From the NCBI RefSeq assembly GCF_006345805.1, contig NC_043010.1:58962001-59026000 (forward strand): a DNA stretch of 64,000 nt. Direction: 5' to 3'. Each line of letters starts with the position of its first letter. Positions within the stretch are counted from its first letter, which is position 1. Source of the stretch: Octopus sinensis. Its lineage: Eukaryota. The notes under the pieces are model-generated. The model did no database searches, was not told the DNA's origin, and saw only the letters and a list, made by a program, of their open reading frames with translations. Shown here piece by piece: positions 62,298 to 64,000 of this stretch. Both the position numbers and the translations under genes were made by a program.

Positions 62298-63559
62298 TGT
62301 GGGTTAATGAAATATATAATGTTGCCCCAGTTGTGGGTTAATGAAATATGTAATGTTACCCCAGTTGTAGGTTAATGAAATATGTAATGTTACCCTAGTT
62401 GTGGGTTAATGAAATATGTAATGTTACCCTAGTTGTAGGTTAATGAAATATGTAATGTTACCCTAGTTGTGGGTTAATGAAATATGTAATGTTACCCTAG
62501 TTGTGGGTTATGAAATATGTAATGTTACCCCAGTTGTGGGTTAATGAATATATAATGTTACCCCAGTTGTGGGTTAATGAAATATGTAATGTTACCCTAG
62601 TTGTGGGTTAATGAAATATGTAATGTTACCCCAGTTGTGGGTAATGAAATATGTAATGTTACCCCAGTTGTGGGTTAATGAAATATGTAATGTTACCTAG
62701 TTGTGGGTTAATGAAATATGTAATGTTACCCCAGTTGTGGTTAATGAAATATGTAATGTTACCCTAGTTGTGGGTTAATGAAATATGTAATGTTACCCTA
62801 GTTGTGGGTTAATGAAATATGTATGTTACCCCAGTTGTGGGTTATGAAATATGTAATGTTACCCCAGTTGTGGGTTAATGAAATATGTAATGTTACCCCA
62901 GTTGTGGGTTAATGAAATATGTAATGTTACCCTAGTTGTGGGTTAATGAAATATGTAATGTTACCCTAGTTGTGGGTTAATGAAATATGTAATGTTATCC
63001 CAGTTGTGGGCAATGAAATATGTAATGTTACCCCAGTTGTGGGTTAATGAAATATGTAATGTTACCCTAGTTGTGGGTTAATGAAATATGTAATGTTACC
63101 CCAGTTGTAGGTTAATGAAATATGTAATGTTACCCTAGTTGTGGGTTAATGAAATATGTAATGTTACCCCAGTTGTGGGTTAATGAAATATGTAATGTTA
63201 CCCTAGTTGTGGGTTAATGAAATATGTAATGTTACCCCAGTTGTGGGTTAATGAAATATGTAATGTTACCCTAGTTGTGGGTTAATGAAATATGTAATGT
63301 TACCCTAGTTGTGGGTTAATGAAATATGTAATGTTACCCCAGTTGTGGGTTAATGAAATATGTAATGTTACCCCAGTTGTGGGTTAATGAAATATGTAAT
63401 GTTACCCCAGTTGTGGGTTAATGAAATATGTAATGTTACCCTAGTTGTGGGTTAATGAAATATGTAATGTTACCCCAGTTGTGGGTTAATGAAATATGTA
63501 ATGTTACCCCAGTTGTGGGTTAATGAAATATGTAATGTTACCCCAGTTGTGGGTTAATG
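62298..63559. repeat. 34-bp intronic minisatellite, about 37 copies
   Basis: Unit GTTGTGGGTTAATGAAATATGTAATGTTACCC(C/T)A; no variable spacers. Confidence 0.98.
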
Positions 63560-63864
63560 TATTGTTAATGTTTACCCCAACTGACAGAATCTCTACAGTA
63601 TGGAACAACAATGCTTTGTGGCATTCAATTAAGGTCCTTTATGTTCTCACTTGAAATCCTGTTGAGATCAACTTTGTCTTTTGTCTTTCCAGAATTGATA
63701 CCAGTCATGTATTAGGGTCAGCATAACCAGCCATACCCCCCACCTCTTAAATTTATGGCCTTGTGTCAGACAAATCAATATTTTGTCATCACTTACGAGA
63801 ATTGCAAGTGATGAATAAAATATGCCTTGTCTCTATAATTGTTTATCTTGTTTCTCTCATTAGG

Positions 63865-63995
63865 CTGTGGCCATACTGGGGCACAGCCTTGAAGAACTTT
63901 TAGTCAAACGAATTGATCCCAGTACTTGTTTTTTGTTTTTTCAAAACTTGGTACTTAGGGACAATGAACACACCGATGCTGGTTGTCAAGCGATC
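63865..63995 (-). mobile_element. SINE family A 3'-half fragment
   Basis: GGCCATACTGGGGCAC...ACACACCGATGCTGGTTGTCAAGCG matches the family A tail. Confidence 0.7.
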
Positions 63996-64000
63996 ATAGA

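Noticed and set aside
62298-63559. Possible CRISPR array (34-bp periodicity)
   Set aside because: Units are contiguous with no unique spacers, the context is a eukaryotic intron and there are no cas genes.
63670-63700. Acceptor TTTTGTCTTTCCAG as next ZNF exon
   Set aside because: Phase-0 joining gives AAT-TGA (immediate stop) and does not complete finger 2; the true next exon is probably outside the window.

Overview
Eukaryotic, AT-rich, extremely microsatellite-dense DNA with one 100-N gap. The SINE families, RTE LINEs, (CA/TA/GATA/CATA)n load and C2H2 gene suggest an octopus/cephalopod genome; this is inference from recalled repeat families, not a database result. Almost all long ORFs in the supplied track are translations of simple repeats. 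The only well-supported host gene is the 5' part of a C2H2 zinc-finger gene on +: probable non-coding exon ending at a perfect donor at 53996/53997, then exon 61504-62191 with ATG at 61781, then an intron holding a 34-bp minisatellite. The rest is a transposon graveyard: restriction-like-endonuclease (R4/Dong-type) LINEs, RTE LINEs, Penelope-like (GIY-YIG) remnants, two DD37D Tc1/mariner elements, hAT and other MITEs, and at least five tRNA-derived SINE families. The most interesting signal is a set of Penelope-type minimal hammerhead-ribozyme motifs in three unrelated sequence contexts, one as the tail of a tRNA-headed SINE, plus many 130-270 bp fold-back palindromes, some built from the 3' half of such ribozymes. 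Two LINEs of different clades show 5' inversions with twin-priming geometry. No CRISPR array, rRNA or intact tRNA gene is supported. All alignments and translations were done by eye, so boundaries of decayed elements are approximate.
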